Shown here: positions 51,929 to 64,000 of the stretch, one piece after another
How positions within the stretch are numbered: the stretch's first letter is position 1
Layout: every line of letters starts with the position of its first letter
Origin: Eledone cirrhosa
Lineage: Eukaryota
Direction: 5' to 3'
Length of the DNA: 64,000 nt
Assembly: GCA_964016885.1 (NCBI GenBank)
Contig: OZ024741.1
Span: 89,838,001-89,902,000 of the forward strand
The notes under the pieces: generated by a model
Told to the model about the DNA's origin: nothing
Databases searched by the model: none
Seen by the model: the letters and a program-made list of their open reading frames with translations, nothing else
Made by a program: the position numbers and the translations under genes

Positions 51929-52003
51929 TGTAACTAAAGGTTTCATGAACTAACAAGCTTGTATAAGTGCAAGCTATTTTTGTTAGTCATATTATCAGGG
52001 ACA
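51929..52003 (-). ncRNA. Decayed hammerhead motif
   Basis: Minus strand reads CTGATAA-T-ATGACTAACAA..TTGTTAGTTCAT-GAAA. Stems I and III are poor. Confidence 0.35.
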
Positions 52004-52535
52004 TGAGCCATTCGCTTGATTATATGATTAACAGACATAGCTTTCTCTAATGCAGGATTCTTCCTTGGTAAAACCTTTGGTTGCAATTGATTATCGTGTG
52101 TATGAATCATAATATATATAAATATATGTGTGTGTGTAGGTTTGCGTGTGTGTGTCTGTTTGCGTATATATGTATGTATATGCATATATATATGTATACG
52201 CACACTAACATACACACACATACGTATATGTGTGTATATATACATCCATAAAGATCATAAAGATAATTTTCATTTTTGGATTCCCTTTTCATCTCTCTAT
52301 CAAATAACTTAACTATTTTTCTATGAAGGACTAAAGTCGGCAGCATAAAGACTCTTTTTCAACTATATCCAAATTTAAACTAATATAAAGGCATTGTATT
52401 GTAGTATTCTTCTGTGTTGTTTTTTCTTCTTGACTTTAACATTAATCATAACGCTAGCATTAAACCTAATACTAACCCTAACCGTAAACCTAACCCTAAC
52501 CCAAACAGTAACCTTAACTCTAAATCTAACGCTAA

Positions 52536-52671
<136 letters not shown>

Positions 52672-52689
52672 TCCGTATATACTACTCAC

Positions 52690-54330
52690 TAGTCAAGGGT
52701 CAGGTCGCTTCATGGTTCTGGCCGACAGATGGAGAAGACATTGCCCTGGATGATGGCACTGGAACAGTCACTTCACATTGCGGGTCTCTCACTTGCGGGC
52801 AGCCAACTCTGCTATGAAAGCATTGAGTAGGGATGTGGTCCGGGGATCAAAAACGCTAGAAGTTTCCAAGGGCATACGCTCAGCCACAAACCTATCAGAG
52901 AGCGGCCGAAACTTTGACAGTTTACCCTCTTCGGCCTGACGAGCAGCGAAGCCTGGGTTGGTAGCCGTACGCACTAGGTTTCCGCTGGAGAAGGTGTCGC
53001 AATATATGGCATCCCAAATGAGGGGCCTACCTTCGCGGAACGGGAAAATAGTCACGCCATCTGTTTTTTTGCCGTCACTGCGGTCCAGCCCCGTTGGCTC
53101 AAACTTGGAAAGCAAGCCTGTGTTGCAGACAAGCTTTTTGGTGAGGACACGGTAAGAGGTCATCGACTCAAGAATAGTCGACAGGGCTAATGAGACTGAA
53201 GTTCGGAGACCGAGGCCACCATAGCTAACGAGATATGTGGTCTGTTGTCCTCCAGTGTCATCAAACCAGACGTTCCATATCTCTTCAGCAGCCCGTCAAA
53301 TACTGGTATCGAGATCTGTAAGGCGAAATGCCTGGCTGTACCATGGGGCATTGCAGAAGATGTAGAGAAGCTTCGGTGTGGCGAAGCAGTTCCTTAACAG
53401 AAAGAGTGCCGAGTGGGCGACGATCAGGTTCAGTCTGCTTGTAAGACTTCGAAGTAACATAACCTGGACCTGACGGTGGAGCGAATGATAGGCGGGAGGA
53501 TCGGTGAACCGAGTGTAAGGACGTTTTCTTTAGAGGTAACCTACATCTAATGGAGTAATGACCGCATGTCCGAAACGGAGGCCTCGAAGCCCTTTGCGTC
53601 GTAATTGACGTTTATGACCTCTGGCTTGGAGGAGTTGATCTTGAGGTCGATCCTCGCCAGATCAGGAACCACTCATCGAAAATCATGGCAGATACTTGCA
53701 TCAGGCCCGCCTATCGTCGCATCCTCCAGGTACCAGATTTGGAGAAGGGCAGTGATGCTCCGAACATCGTTGTCTACCTCGAGAGCGAAGAACAGTGGAC
53801 CCAATGGATTGCCTTGTTGAACACTGGTGAGGAGCATGCTCGGAAAACCATACGACAGGCAGGCCAGGGGATAGGCGAACGGAGCACGCAAGTGGTCGTG
53901 GCGCACACAGTTGAAGGTATTTCTCATGTCAAACTTGATAATGAGGTGTCTTGAATCACTTGGCGCCGGTTCGGCCTGGTCGGCCCCTTCCCACCCGCTG
54001 GCCATTCCGACCCCAAGCTGAATCGGGCTGAGTTCCTCGCTCAATTCAGGCACGACAGATTTACAGATTACCTTGGTTGCGAGCCTCCGCGATGGGGCGT
54101 ATTCCACCGTGTTTCTTCCTGAGAGCGGTTAGGCGGATTGGGTCCAAGGCACCATGGATGAACCTGTTAATAATGGCCATAATTGTGCTCAGCAGTCGGT
54201 GCCTGTCTTCGGCATTAATGGGGGGGGGGGGGACGACAAGTCTTTGAGGTGGCTGTGTCGGAGACCATCGGCACCTCCACTTTTGGTAGGTTTTATTGGT
54301 TCCTATCTAGCATATTACTTTTCGTTGTCT
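52690..54330 (-). mobile_element. Decayed CRE-like non-LTR retrotransposon (RT + restriction-like endonuclease)
   Basis: QLGVG..G.EGA, KFDMRNTFN, VQQGNPLGPLFF, WYLEDATIGG. RLE remnant EPTGLDRSDGKKTDG..LIWD..AARQAEEGK..K..ETS. Confidence 0.75.
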
Positions 54331-54589
54331 GATTAGATTCACTCTTGTTCTGACGATGTTAATGACTTACTTCAAATCTTGTGGGGAGACCCGATATAGG
54401 CGGTGCCGAAGAAGAAGAAGAAGAAGAAGAAGAAGAAGAAGAAGAAGAAGAAGAAGAAGAAATATGTTCATGGCTGAAGAAATAAAAAAAAAATGAAAAT
54501 CCCTAGGAAAGAAAAATAGAAAGATGATAGATCTATAAAATTTTAACAGATGGAGCGCAGGGGAGAAGAAATATATTCCATTGGAGAAG

Positions 54590-54658
<69 letters not shown>

Positions 54659-55557
54659 GGGGGGGGGGGGTGCGTGTGTGTGCGTGTGTGTGTGTATATA
54701 TATATATAGAGAGAGAGAGAAAGAGAGTGAGAGGGGTATTGAAATAGGTGAGTGCAATGAAAAAATAGGGGCTGTACATTCTGCTATAATTATACAGCAG
54801 AATGATGTAGGTTGGTGAAGTGTATGTATGTAAATAGAGAGTTTTAAGAGTTTCATCTCTACCAAGAAATAAAGTGAAACAAATGAGAGAAGCAGCAAAG
54901 GATTTCAATGTATATACTTCAAATACGACCTTTTAGTTTTATACGCTGTTGTTGAACCTCCGTCGGTTTTCGACGACGAGTGTTCTCGTTGATTGAACAA
55001 CGGAACATACTGTTCACGAAATTAATGTGCAAGTGATTTAGCATTCTAGAGACAGGTCTACTTTTAATGTATTTCTAAGGGACATTCTAAGCGACATTGT
55101 GTAACAAGGCTGGCCATTTGAATTACAGATACAATCCATCCGACGGTCTTCAATACAGTTTCCATCTCCCCAACTTGACTCATAAGTGGGGTGAGCCGAG
55201 TCCATGGGAAATGTCACGTAGTGGGATCGAATCCGGGGCCTAATGATTGTGAAGAACTTAGCCATTCTGTCATCCGTGTCATGATCTAGATTTACATCTT
55301 AACTGACACGATCAACTTTTGCCACATTATCACTGATATTTCAAAGTCACCTATGCAAATGGATTATCTTAACAGACAGTGTTGTGAGGAAATAACTGTC
55401 ACAAACATTAACCCCCTTGATACCAACTCACCTAAAACTGCTCCTAAGTCTATGATACAAAATTGTTTATATTTATCTAAAACTCTCCACCATAATTTTG
55501 AGTAAAAACATCTAAATTATGTTCCAGTTACCAGTTTAATAATCCTTTCTTTACTTA

Positions 55558-56228
55558 ATTGTTTCTAATATATGCACAAAGCCAGCACTTTTTTGGTGGA
55601 GGGGAAGCCGATTAAATCGATCCCAGTTCTTGACTGGTACTTTATTTCATCAACCTGGAAGGATGAAAGGTAAAATTGACCTCGGCTGGATTTGAACTCA
55701 GAACTCAAAGGGGCGTAACGAAATCCTACACAGCATTTTGTCCGACTCGCTAACGACTCTGCCAATCCGCTGCCACCTTAGTTTAATAATGGTTTCTTAT
55801 ATAGGTACAAGGCCAGCAATTTGGCGGGAGGGGAAAGTCGATTAAACCGACCGCAGTACGTGACTGGTACTTTATTTTATCGACCCTGTAAGGATGAAAG
55901 GCAAAGTTAGCCTCAGCATGATTTGAACTCAGATCATAAAGGGCCGTAACTCTATAGTGCAAATCATGGTGTCCGACCCTCTACTGATACTATCAATCCA
56001 CCGCCCTCCACCTTAGTTTAATAATTGTTTCTACTTTAGGCACAAGGCCAGCAATTACCCAGTGCATTACTGGTACTTTATTTTATCGACCCCGTAAGGA
56101 TGAAAGGCAAAGTCAACCTCGGCGGGATTTGAACTCAGATCGTAAAGGGACGTAACTATGCTGGAAAGCATGGCGTCCGACCCTCCACCGATACTGCCAA
56201 TCCACCGCCCTCCACCTTAGTTTAATAA
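55558..56228 (-). mobile_element. Three main-family SINEs in direct tandem
   Basis: Units ~55558-55775, 55788-56008, 56022-56212, separated by CCACCTTAGTTTAATAAT. Confidence 0.85.
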
Positions 56229-56542
56229 TGAGAAAGCTATATTACAAAATCCTCTCAAATTATTTGAAAATATTAGTCAACGTCTTTCATTAGAAATATG
56301 GAATGAAAGGGTTAAACTACATTAATGTTGACATAAGCAGATGCTGTTCTAACTACACTGGCGGTCGGAAATTCGTTCCGATGTATTTGTACAACCTTGT
56401 TAACCTTTCCTCCTGTCTTGTGGGCCTGGTTCATATTATTTGAAGTCTGGAATTTTCAAGTTGATGTTTGTGTGTCTTGTGTGGTATGAATTCACCAAGG
56501 ACTTGGCAATGGAAGAAAACCAAACTACTCATATTTTTTGTA

Positions 56543-56590
<48 letters not shown>

Positions 56591-56726
56591 ATAACAAGGT
56601 ATCGTTTAAGGTAATCCAGAACTGGGACCGATTTAATCGGCTTTCCTCTCCACCAAAATATATATATGTATATATATATGTATATATATCTATATATATA
56701 TGCATGTGTATATATATATGTATATA

Positions 56727-56792
<66 letters not shown>

Positions 56793-56839
56793 CACACATA
56801 CACACACACACACACACATATATACATATATATATAGAA

Positions 56840-59800
56840 ATGACTTCTACAGGACTAGAACTGTTTCATTCATATGGATTCATTAATGGTTTCAACATGG
56901 TCACTGAATTGACACTTTAGGTCTTCCATTTCTGACCACACTGGCTTGAATGTTGGTCTTGTGCAGCTAAAATGAAACCCTCACTCTCTGCCTTTGACCC
57001 AGAACTCCGCGACCAAGGATATGTGAAAGTTTGATCTACATCAGGTTCTTTGCTACGGAGAACATTTTGCCCTTGTAATAGTTTTTGCTCTCATTTAGTG
57101 CACAATCTGTTGACCTTCTTGTTTTGTCAACATTTTGATATACTTTGCAGCTTTTATTGCAGAATCACCATCATTTTAAAAATGTATACCCAATCCTCCC
57201 GCAAACTATCTACTTTCCTTTGTGAGTGAATGTAACATCTGCTTCCTTTCGTGATCTACAACCATTTGCTTCATCCAATCATCTGTGATTTTAGGGTACT
57301 GATCGAGCCCAATGGTTGTTATCCTGTATGACAGTTCGAGCTGGATCATTCTATTCCTGTTTTGTCTAGGGAGATAGAGGCAATTTACATCTACTTTTGG
57401 GTGATGTATTTCATTACAGGCCTCAAAAGTTACCGTTTCAATCAATGATATTGAAACTGTAGGTGACAACTGGGATTGCAAGTGCATTTATGGCAGATAG
57501 CTTATTCCTCGAGTTAAGCTCCGTTTTCAAGATAGCACGTACTCTCTGGTACCATTCCGTCTTGATTTTCTCTTTCATAACGGTATGGTGAATACCATGG
57601 TCTTCATTGATCCCAAGATATTTGTAGGCTTGTTCTTATTCTACTTCCCTAATTACTGTATTCACATCCATTTCCATTCAGTTTGTGCTTGTCATTCTGC
57701 CTTTCTTTAATGTTGCTTTAGCGCCTACGTCATCGCTGAACACTTTAACTATCTTCAGAGGTCCTTCCAATTCGTTATCATTTTTGGTTTGCAACTTCAA
57801 GTCATCCATATAAAACAGATGATTTATTGTTTCGCTGTCTATTTTGTAGCTATATTTTGTTTTGTTGAGCGCTAAAGACAGCCGGGTGAGTGCAATGCAA
57901 AATATCAGAGAAGAAAACCAATCACCTTAAAAAATACCGCAGTTAATACTTATGCTGCTGGAATTTACAGTTCCATCCGTGTTACAATGATAGATTTCTA
58001 TTTCATATAAACATATTGTATTTCAGGAAATTTGTTATTACTAGGGAAATTTTGAGAACATCCAAAGTTTTCAAAATCCATGTGTGGGGGATACTGTCAA
58101 ATGCTTTCTTATAATCAATTCAAACAGTACTCAGATTTCTATACTTTTTATGACAGTTTTCCAGTTTGCACCCGTAAGATCCACAGTGACACCCTTTCTG
58201 CTCAATAGGAAAAGGTGATTTTCATCCATAAATTTGTAGGTTGTCTCAGTCAAGATTGAGGTGATTTGGGGGAATATTTGTTTCTGTCGATTTTGGCAAG
58301 AGATATGTTAAACTTTGTACAAACCTATCAGGGGTTTTCTCAGGATTGTGCATAATTTCTTCATAACATTTTACCAACACATCGTGGGTAGCAGTTAGAG
58401 AAAATAACCAGAAGTTTGGCACTTTATCAATTCCAGCAGATTTCCATTTATTGCTTTTCTTTAATGTCAACTCCAGTTCTTCCATAGTTATGTCTTGCCA
58501 ATTCTGCCTTTCTAAATTATTGTTTCTTCCATGTTCTTTCTGCATTCTCATTATGAGATTTTTCTGTATTCCATACTTTTTTCCAAAATTCTTCAATTTC
58601 ATGAATTGACGGAGGTTCCTTTACATGAATTATCTGTGTCCCAATTTCCTGTAAAACCTTTTTGCATAAAATATAAACAGCTTATTTTGCATGTAACAGT
58701 TATTTCGCTTTTCAAATCTTATGGTTATTTTTAGCTTTCAGTTGTACTTTCTGTTTCAGAATTTCTTTGATTGATGGAATATCAAGTTTTGAAGTTACTT
58801 TATATTTCTTAATCCCTTTCTTGACTTGACAGTCTTCCCAGCATATATTTCATCCAAGATCGATATTTCTCCCCCACATAATTTCAATTTCTTTCTCAAT
58901 TTTTATCTTCCAGGGTGGTTTTTGTGAGTATTGTGTCATTTTCCGTTTTTCCTTAACCCCCACATTTCCTTTCTATTATTGTTGTTACGGCATAAATAAC
59001 CTCATTCAATTCTGATATATCAGGCCCCATCTCTTCAATTATCACGTTAACAACCTGATTTCCAGTTCTTATGTGTCTTTTGTTCTAGTTGTTGCTTCTC
59101 AATTTTTGCAACGACTCTTTTTCGCCCATACTAATGGTTTTTTTTCCCACGTTCATTGAGAATTTCTTGTTTTGTTTGTTCTATCTAATCTTTGTGTTCA
59201 TGACTAGAAATATCCTCATCCATGTTGTCAATTTGTCTTTTATCATGACCCTGCTTTGTGTTTCTGATACCTACAATGCTCTGTGAAATTTCTCCTGGTG
59301 ACAACATAGTCAATAAATTTTGTGGTGTTTCTTCTGTCATTTCTGTCTCTTGACATTTTCAAATCTTCTTCAACTTTCTTCTTAATTTTATCTAACTGCA
59401 TCTGTTAGTCTCTTGTTTCTAAGAATATCTCTTCTTACATTTGCAAGTTTGTTTTCGTCCAGGTTTGGTCTCATTTCTGGATTTCTTTCCCTCCATACCC
59501 TAACAGAATTCACTCTGTTTTGATTCCAATGGCTTGCCTAATGAGTTGTAGAATGTGTCTATCACTTCTTTATACTATTCTCGAGTCCATTTGGTACGTT
59601 GAGCTTTTTGTCTTCCATGTGATGCTGAACTTGCAGGACTTGGGTTGAGATTATTCTCGTTCAAGTGACCATTCAAGTCAATATTTAGAAGAGAACTCGT
59701 TTCAGCTACAGACCTTTTGGCGCTATGCTGATTCCTTCCTAGGGACGCGGCTCTTGCTGACCTGGGTGACGACCGATCCGGTATCTGTTTTTTTACTGTA

Positions 59801-59960
59801 GACAATGTGAGGCTTTTTCTTTATTGGCTTTATCCTTCACCGCCAGGAAGTAATTTTTTTCAAGATACCAACTCTAAGACCATTATCAACCAAGATTAGT
59901 GAGCTCGTCCTGCTCATGAGACACAGCTACTTACCGCCGGGTGCCAGCCAGTTAGTCTTT
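56840..59960 (-). mobile_element. Decayed R4/Dong-like non-LTR retrotransposon
   Basis: RTKWTRE N-terminal motif; NKWKSAGIDKVPNFW..TYLLPK; DYKKAFDSIPH; GIF*GD; INHLFYMDDLKL; HHPKVDVNCLYLPR. Many stops. Confidence 0.75.
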
Positions 59961-60164
59961 GGCCACAGGTTTTATTATTAGTGCTGTCTTTCATATTTTC
60001 TTCATGTAAACTTTTTGTGGTTAATAAAGAAATCCTTACCACCAACATCACCACGACCATCATTACCAGTCCCACTGTCACCATTATTATTGCTGTTGTT
60101 GTTACACTCTGTAGTTTTGTTGTTATCATTGTTGTTACTTTCTCATGTTATTATTATTATAAAA

Positions 60165-60292
60165 ATATCTGAGTTCAAATCCCGCCGAGGTTAACTTTGC
60201 CTTTCACCCTTACGGGGTCGATAAAATAAAGTACCAGTAATACACTGGGTAATTGCTGGCCTTGTGCCAAAAGTAGAAACAATTATTATTAT
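60165..60292 (+). mobile_element. 5'-truncated main-family SINE in (TTA)n
   Basis: GAGTTCAAATCCCGCCGAGG..AGTAGAAACAATTATTATT. Confidence 0.85.
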
Positions 60293-60373
60293 AAAAATAA
60301 AATAGACGAAAGTAACAATGGCAACAACATCGACATCGAAATTACCACCACCACCACCACCACCACCACCACC

Positions 60374-60420
<47 letters not shown>

Positions 60421-61127
60421 CGAAACTAGTGAAAAAAACAACGGAACAACAGCAACAATTCATTCTATCTGACATTTTTATGATTCTGTCAATTCGCCGC
60501 TTTGCTGTTTCATTACAGAAACTCAAACTGAGCAAGAACCACATTTCAAACTGACAAGACTAAAAGGACTTGCTGAGGATACGACCACCGCCTCCACTCA
60601 TCAGATTAAATGTTTAAACAAAACAAAACAATAAAAAAAACATCATAATTATCCATATTTGAGTCAGAAATTCTAGCCATTCCGTCGTTATTTTCACGAG
60701 TTTTATCACACAATTATTTTCTGCACTAAGTCAACTCTGGACAAAATTTGATATCCTTTGAAAATTGTGTGACTCTGATTATATTTAGGTGATAGATTAA
60801 AATCAATCTGATATTTGGACGGTAAAAAACGGAAAACGATATCATGCAAAAACAGCCAAGGAAAAATAGGTGTGGCTAAATTTAATGAGAGTATATTTAG
60901 CTTCACACGTAAATAGTTTATATTATATCTATCTATCTATCTATCTGTGTGTGTGTATATACATGGGGGATGCATGTGTGTGTGTGTACTTACACACGTG
61001 CTGATATAGGGCAATGTTTATATACATTAATACATTAATATATTAAATACAGTAATATATGTACAAAACTCTCTACTGTTTCCTATTCCTGCTTATCACC
61101 CCTCCTCCTCGCTCAACCTACTCACTA

Positions 61128-61263
<136 letters not shown>

Positions 61264-61759
61264 CAAGAAACGTAGCGGGCTGTGTCAAAAGGCTATGAGG
61301 GAAAGAAAAGAAAATAGTGAAGAGAGAGGAAGAAAGAGGAAAAAGGAAAGAGGAAAAAAGGAAGTAAATAAACCAATTGGAGGGGGAACACAGGACAATG
61401 GCACATGCAAGTAAGTAACCGGGGAAAAAATAGGATAAGTTACAACGAACCGATTAGACTTAGGTCTTGTGGTCAAATAACTAGGAGCGATGTTTTTCCG
61501 TGCGATCTCAGCAGAGTGCGTTTAGAGAGACAGAGAAACCGGAAGTGAGAGGGAGAAGGGAAAGAGAGATAATCCCAACGCGATTTACGACATGTGTAAA
61601 ACAGTCAAAAACGGGCATATATATATATATATATAAACATGTGTGTATATGTTTATGTGTGAGTGTATGTTTATGTATGTATATATGACTGTGCATGCTT
61701 TCAATTGTTCGCAAGTAAACAGTAAAATGGTGGTTTACTGGAAGACATCGATGGGAAAA

Positions 61760-62240
61760 TAATACTCACACAAAGGGCCAACACAATGCTCAGACAGATA
61801 AAAGAAGCCACCTATTCAGCGGAAATTTAATCCACACTCAATAGAAATCAGGAATGGAATATCAACAACCACACAATCTAGTAACTGATGACAAAAGTGA
61901 CTGATAACAAAAGTATTACAACACATAGGAATAGATACACAGGAAAACACAACCCCACGCTCAATAAAAAGCAGGAATGGAATAATAACAATCACACGAC
62001 CCAGTGACGGGTGACAAAAATATTATGACACATAGCAATAGACACACAGGATAGCGTAGAATAAATGGGTATAAATGCAGGGTATGCAGATAAAGATAAG
62101 CAGACACATAAATTCCAGGGGGTAACTATATATAAAGTTACACACACTTGTGTACACACTCACTGCACAAATACATGCTGGAGCAAGACAAAGAAACAAA
62201 AACAATAGCGAGTCAGAAATGCGCTATCTGTAAGATAGCA
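61760..62240 (+). mobile_element. Decayed 3' end of a PLE related to copies A/B
   Basis: Manual translation TMLRQIKEATYSAEI*STLNRNQEWNIN versus [28 protein letters not shown] of copy A. Ends near (TA)n. Confidence 0.6.
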
Positions 62241-62265
62241 TGTTCACCCTTTATATATATGTATG

Positions 62266-62372
<107 letters not shown>

Positions 62373-62706
62373 GTGCGTATGTGTGTGTGTGCGTGTGCGT
62401 GAGTGCGTGTTTCTGTATATATATATATGAAAACATACGTAAACACACATATATATATTTCAATATACGTTCATGTGAACATGTCGCCGCATGCTGTACG
62501 TATTTTACGGAGTTCACCTTCGTTGCTGCTGTAAATAATAGTATAACTAAAAATATCTCTGGGTAATACAAGTATTAGAGCAGTCATTCAGTTAGAGGAA
62601 TGGTTAACATCTTAGTAATTATAAAGGTGAATAAACACTAACTTCAAATGACTGCACGCACAAACGCACACACACGCGCGCACACAAGCATTGAGGATTG
62701 CTCTCA

Positions 62707-62755
<49 letters not shown>

Positions 62756-62808
62756 GGAAAAAATGAAACGATATTTCATTTCCCACTCTTAGTACGGCTG
62801 TTACTTAA

Positions 62809-63277
62809 ATATAAGTATGTACACGTACATACATATATGTATACCGACGTACAGTAGTATGTATATATATATATACATACATGCACACATATATATATGC
62901 ACGTATGGATTCACCGAACATTTATTATAATGCTCGGTGTGTTTGTAAACAAACATCCCGTATTAAGCCGTAGTGTCTAGCAACCACCGTTGCTCGTTTG
63001 TTCAACACTGACAAAGGAACGCTGTACTAGTTTCAAGCTTGTTAGCTATCGTCAGCAACGTATACCTTCCTGCCAGATTGTTGAACGTATATACTTACCT
63101 TATGCATATTAACGGCTAAATACGGCTTAATACGGGATGTTTGTTTACAAACACACCGAGCATTATAATAAATGTTCGGTGAATCCATACGTGCATATAT
63201 ATATGTGTGCATGTATGTATATATATATATACATACTACTGTACGTCGGTATACATATATGTATGTACGTGTACATA

Positions 63278-63284
<7 letters not shown>
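62809..63284. mobile_element. Fold-back element: ~164-bp inverted arms with a hammerhead in the 148-nt spacer
   Basis: 62809-62972 is the reverse complement of 63121-63284. (TA)n nearby on both sides. Confidence 0.85.
63020..63060 (-). ncRNA. Minimal type-I hammerhead ribozyme
   Basis: Minus strand reads CGTTG-CTGACGA-T-AGC TAACAA GCT-T-GAAA-CTAG-TA-CAGCG. Confidence 0.8.
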
Positions 63285-63322
<38 letters not shown>

Positions 63323-63347
63323 GCACACATTTATATGTGTATGTGTG

Positions 63348-63423
<76 letters not shown>

Positions 63424-63797
63424 TGGACCTCCCTCGGTTTTGATGATGAATGTAGCAGTTGGGTACAGCCTGTTCGTGAAATTTACGTGTAAGTGGCTGA
63501 GTATTCCAAGACACGTGTACCTATAAAGTAATTCTTAGGGAGATATAGCAGGCCAGTGTGTGCCAAGACAGGCCTTTTAAATTGCAGATATAGTCTATCC
63601 AACATGTTTCCAAAGAGTTTCCGTCTACTTAATTTCTCTCACAAAGCAGGGGTCAACCCTAGACTATGGTTAATAGCACGTTTCTAAGGTACCACACAGT
63701 AGGATCGAACCCAGGACCCAATTATTGGTAAGTGAACTTCTTTACCATTCGACCATGCTGCGTCCACACATACGTGCGGGCGTCCATCACACACATA

Positions 63798-63833
<36 letters not shown>

Positions 63834-63879
63834 AATATATATATATATTATTATACTTGTGGAGGGTCATATTGTTGTA

Positions 63880-64000
63880 ATAATTGTTTCTACGTTAGGC
63901 ACAAGGCCAGCAATAACCCAGTGCATTACTGGTACTTTATTTTATCGACCCCGTAAGGATGAAAGGCAAAGTTAACCTTGGCGGGATTTGAACTCAGAGT
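63880..64000 (-). mobile_element. Main-family SINE, cut by the window edge
   Basis: TACTGGTACTTTATTTTATCGACCCCGTAAGGATGAAAGGCAAAG. Confidence 0.85.

Noticed and set aside
60480-60635. Acceptor-like TTTCATTACAG followed by a 38-codon open frame
   Set aside because: No recognisable protein similarity and no partner exons.
61500-61620. ETS-like ACCGGAAGTG in a CpG-containing patch
   Set aside because: A single short motif without a supporting gene structure.

Overview
This is repeat-saturated, AT-rich animal genomic DNA (intergenic or intronic). The SINE families and microsatellite load suggest an octopod cephalopod, which is inference from recalled repeat motifs. I found no convincing host protein-coding exon. 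Nearly all short ORFs in the track are translations of (TA)n, (CA)n or (TATG)n. The real coding content is retroelement-derived: (1) two ~3.8-kb Penelope-like elements (PLEs; RT + GIY-YIG) lying tail-to-tail in a (TA)n tract, one with an uninterrupted ORF; (2) a second PLE type with a CxC linker; (3) a near full-length Tx1/L1 element inside (TATC)n; (4) decayed R4/Dong-like, CRE-like and RTE elements. There are also a DD37D (maT-type) Tc1/mariner transposon, MITEs, non-autonomous Helitrons, many tRNA-derived SINEs and a U2 snRNA retrocopy with a target-site duplication (TSD). The strongest hidden signal is RNA structure. Reading both strands by eye, I find 13 type-I hammerhead ribozyme (HHR) motifs with intact cores and about 8 mutated ones. 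They fall into many unrelated sequence families, mostly have palindromic stem III (dimer-type), and have stem II regions from about 10 to about 104 nt. Many sit in short non-coding fold-back elements in (TA)n tracts with both 3' ends pointing outward. All structures were paired manually; no folding or database search was run.
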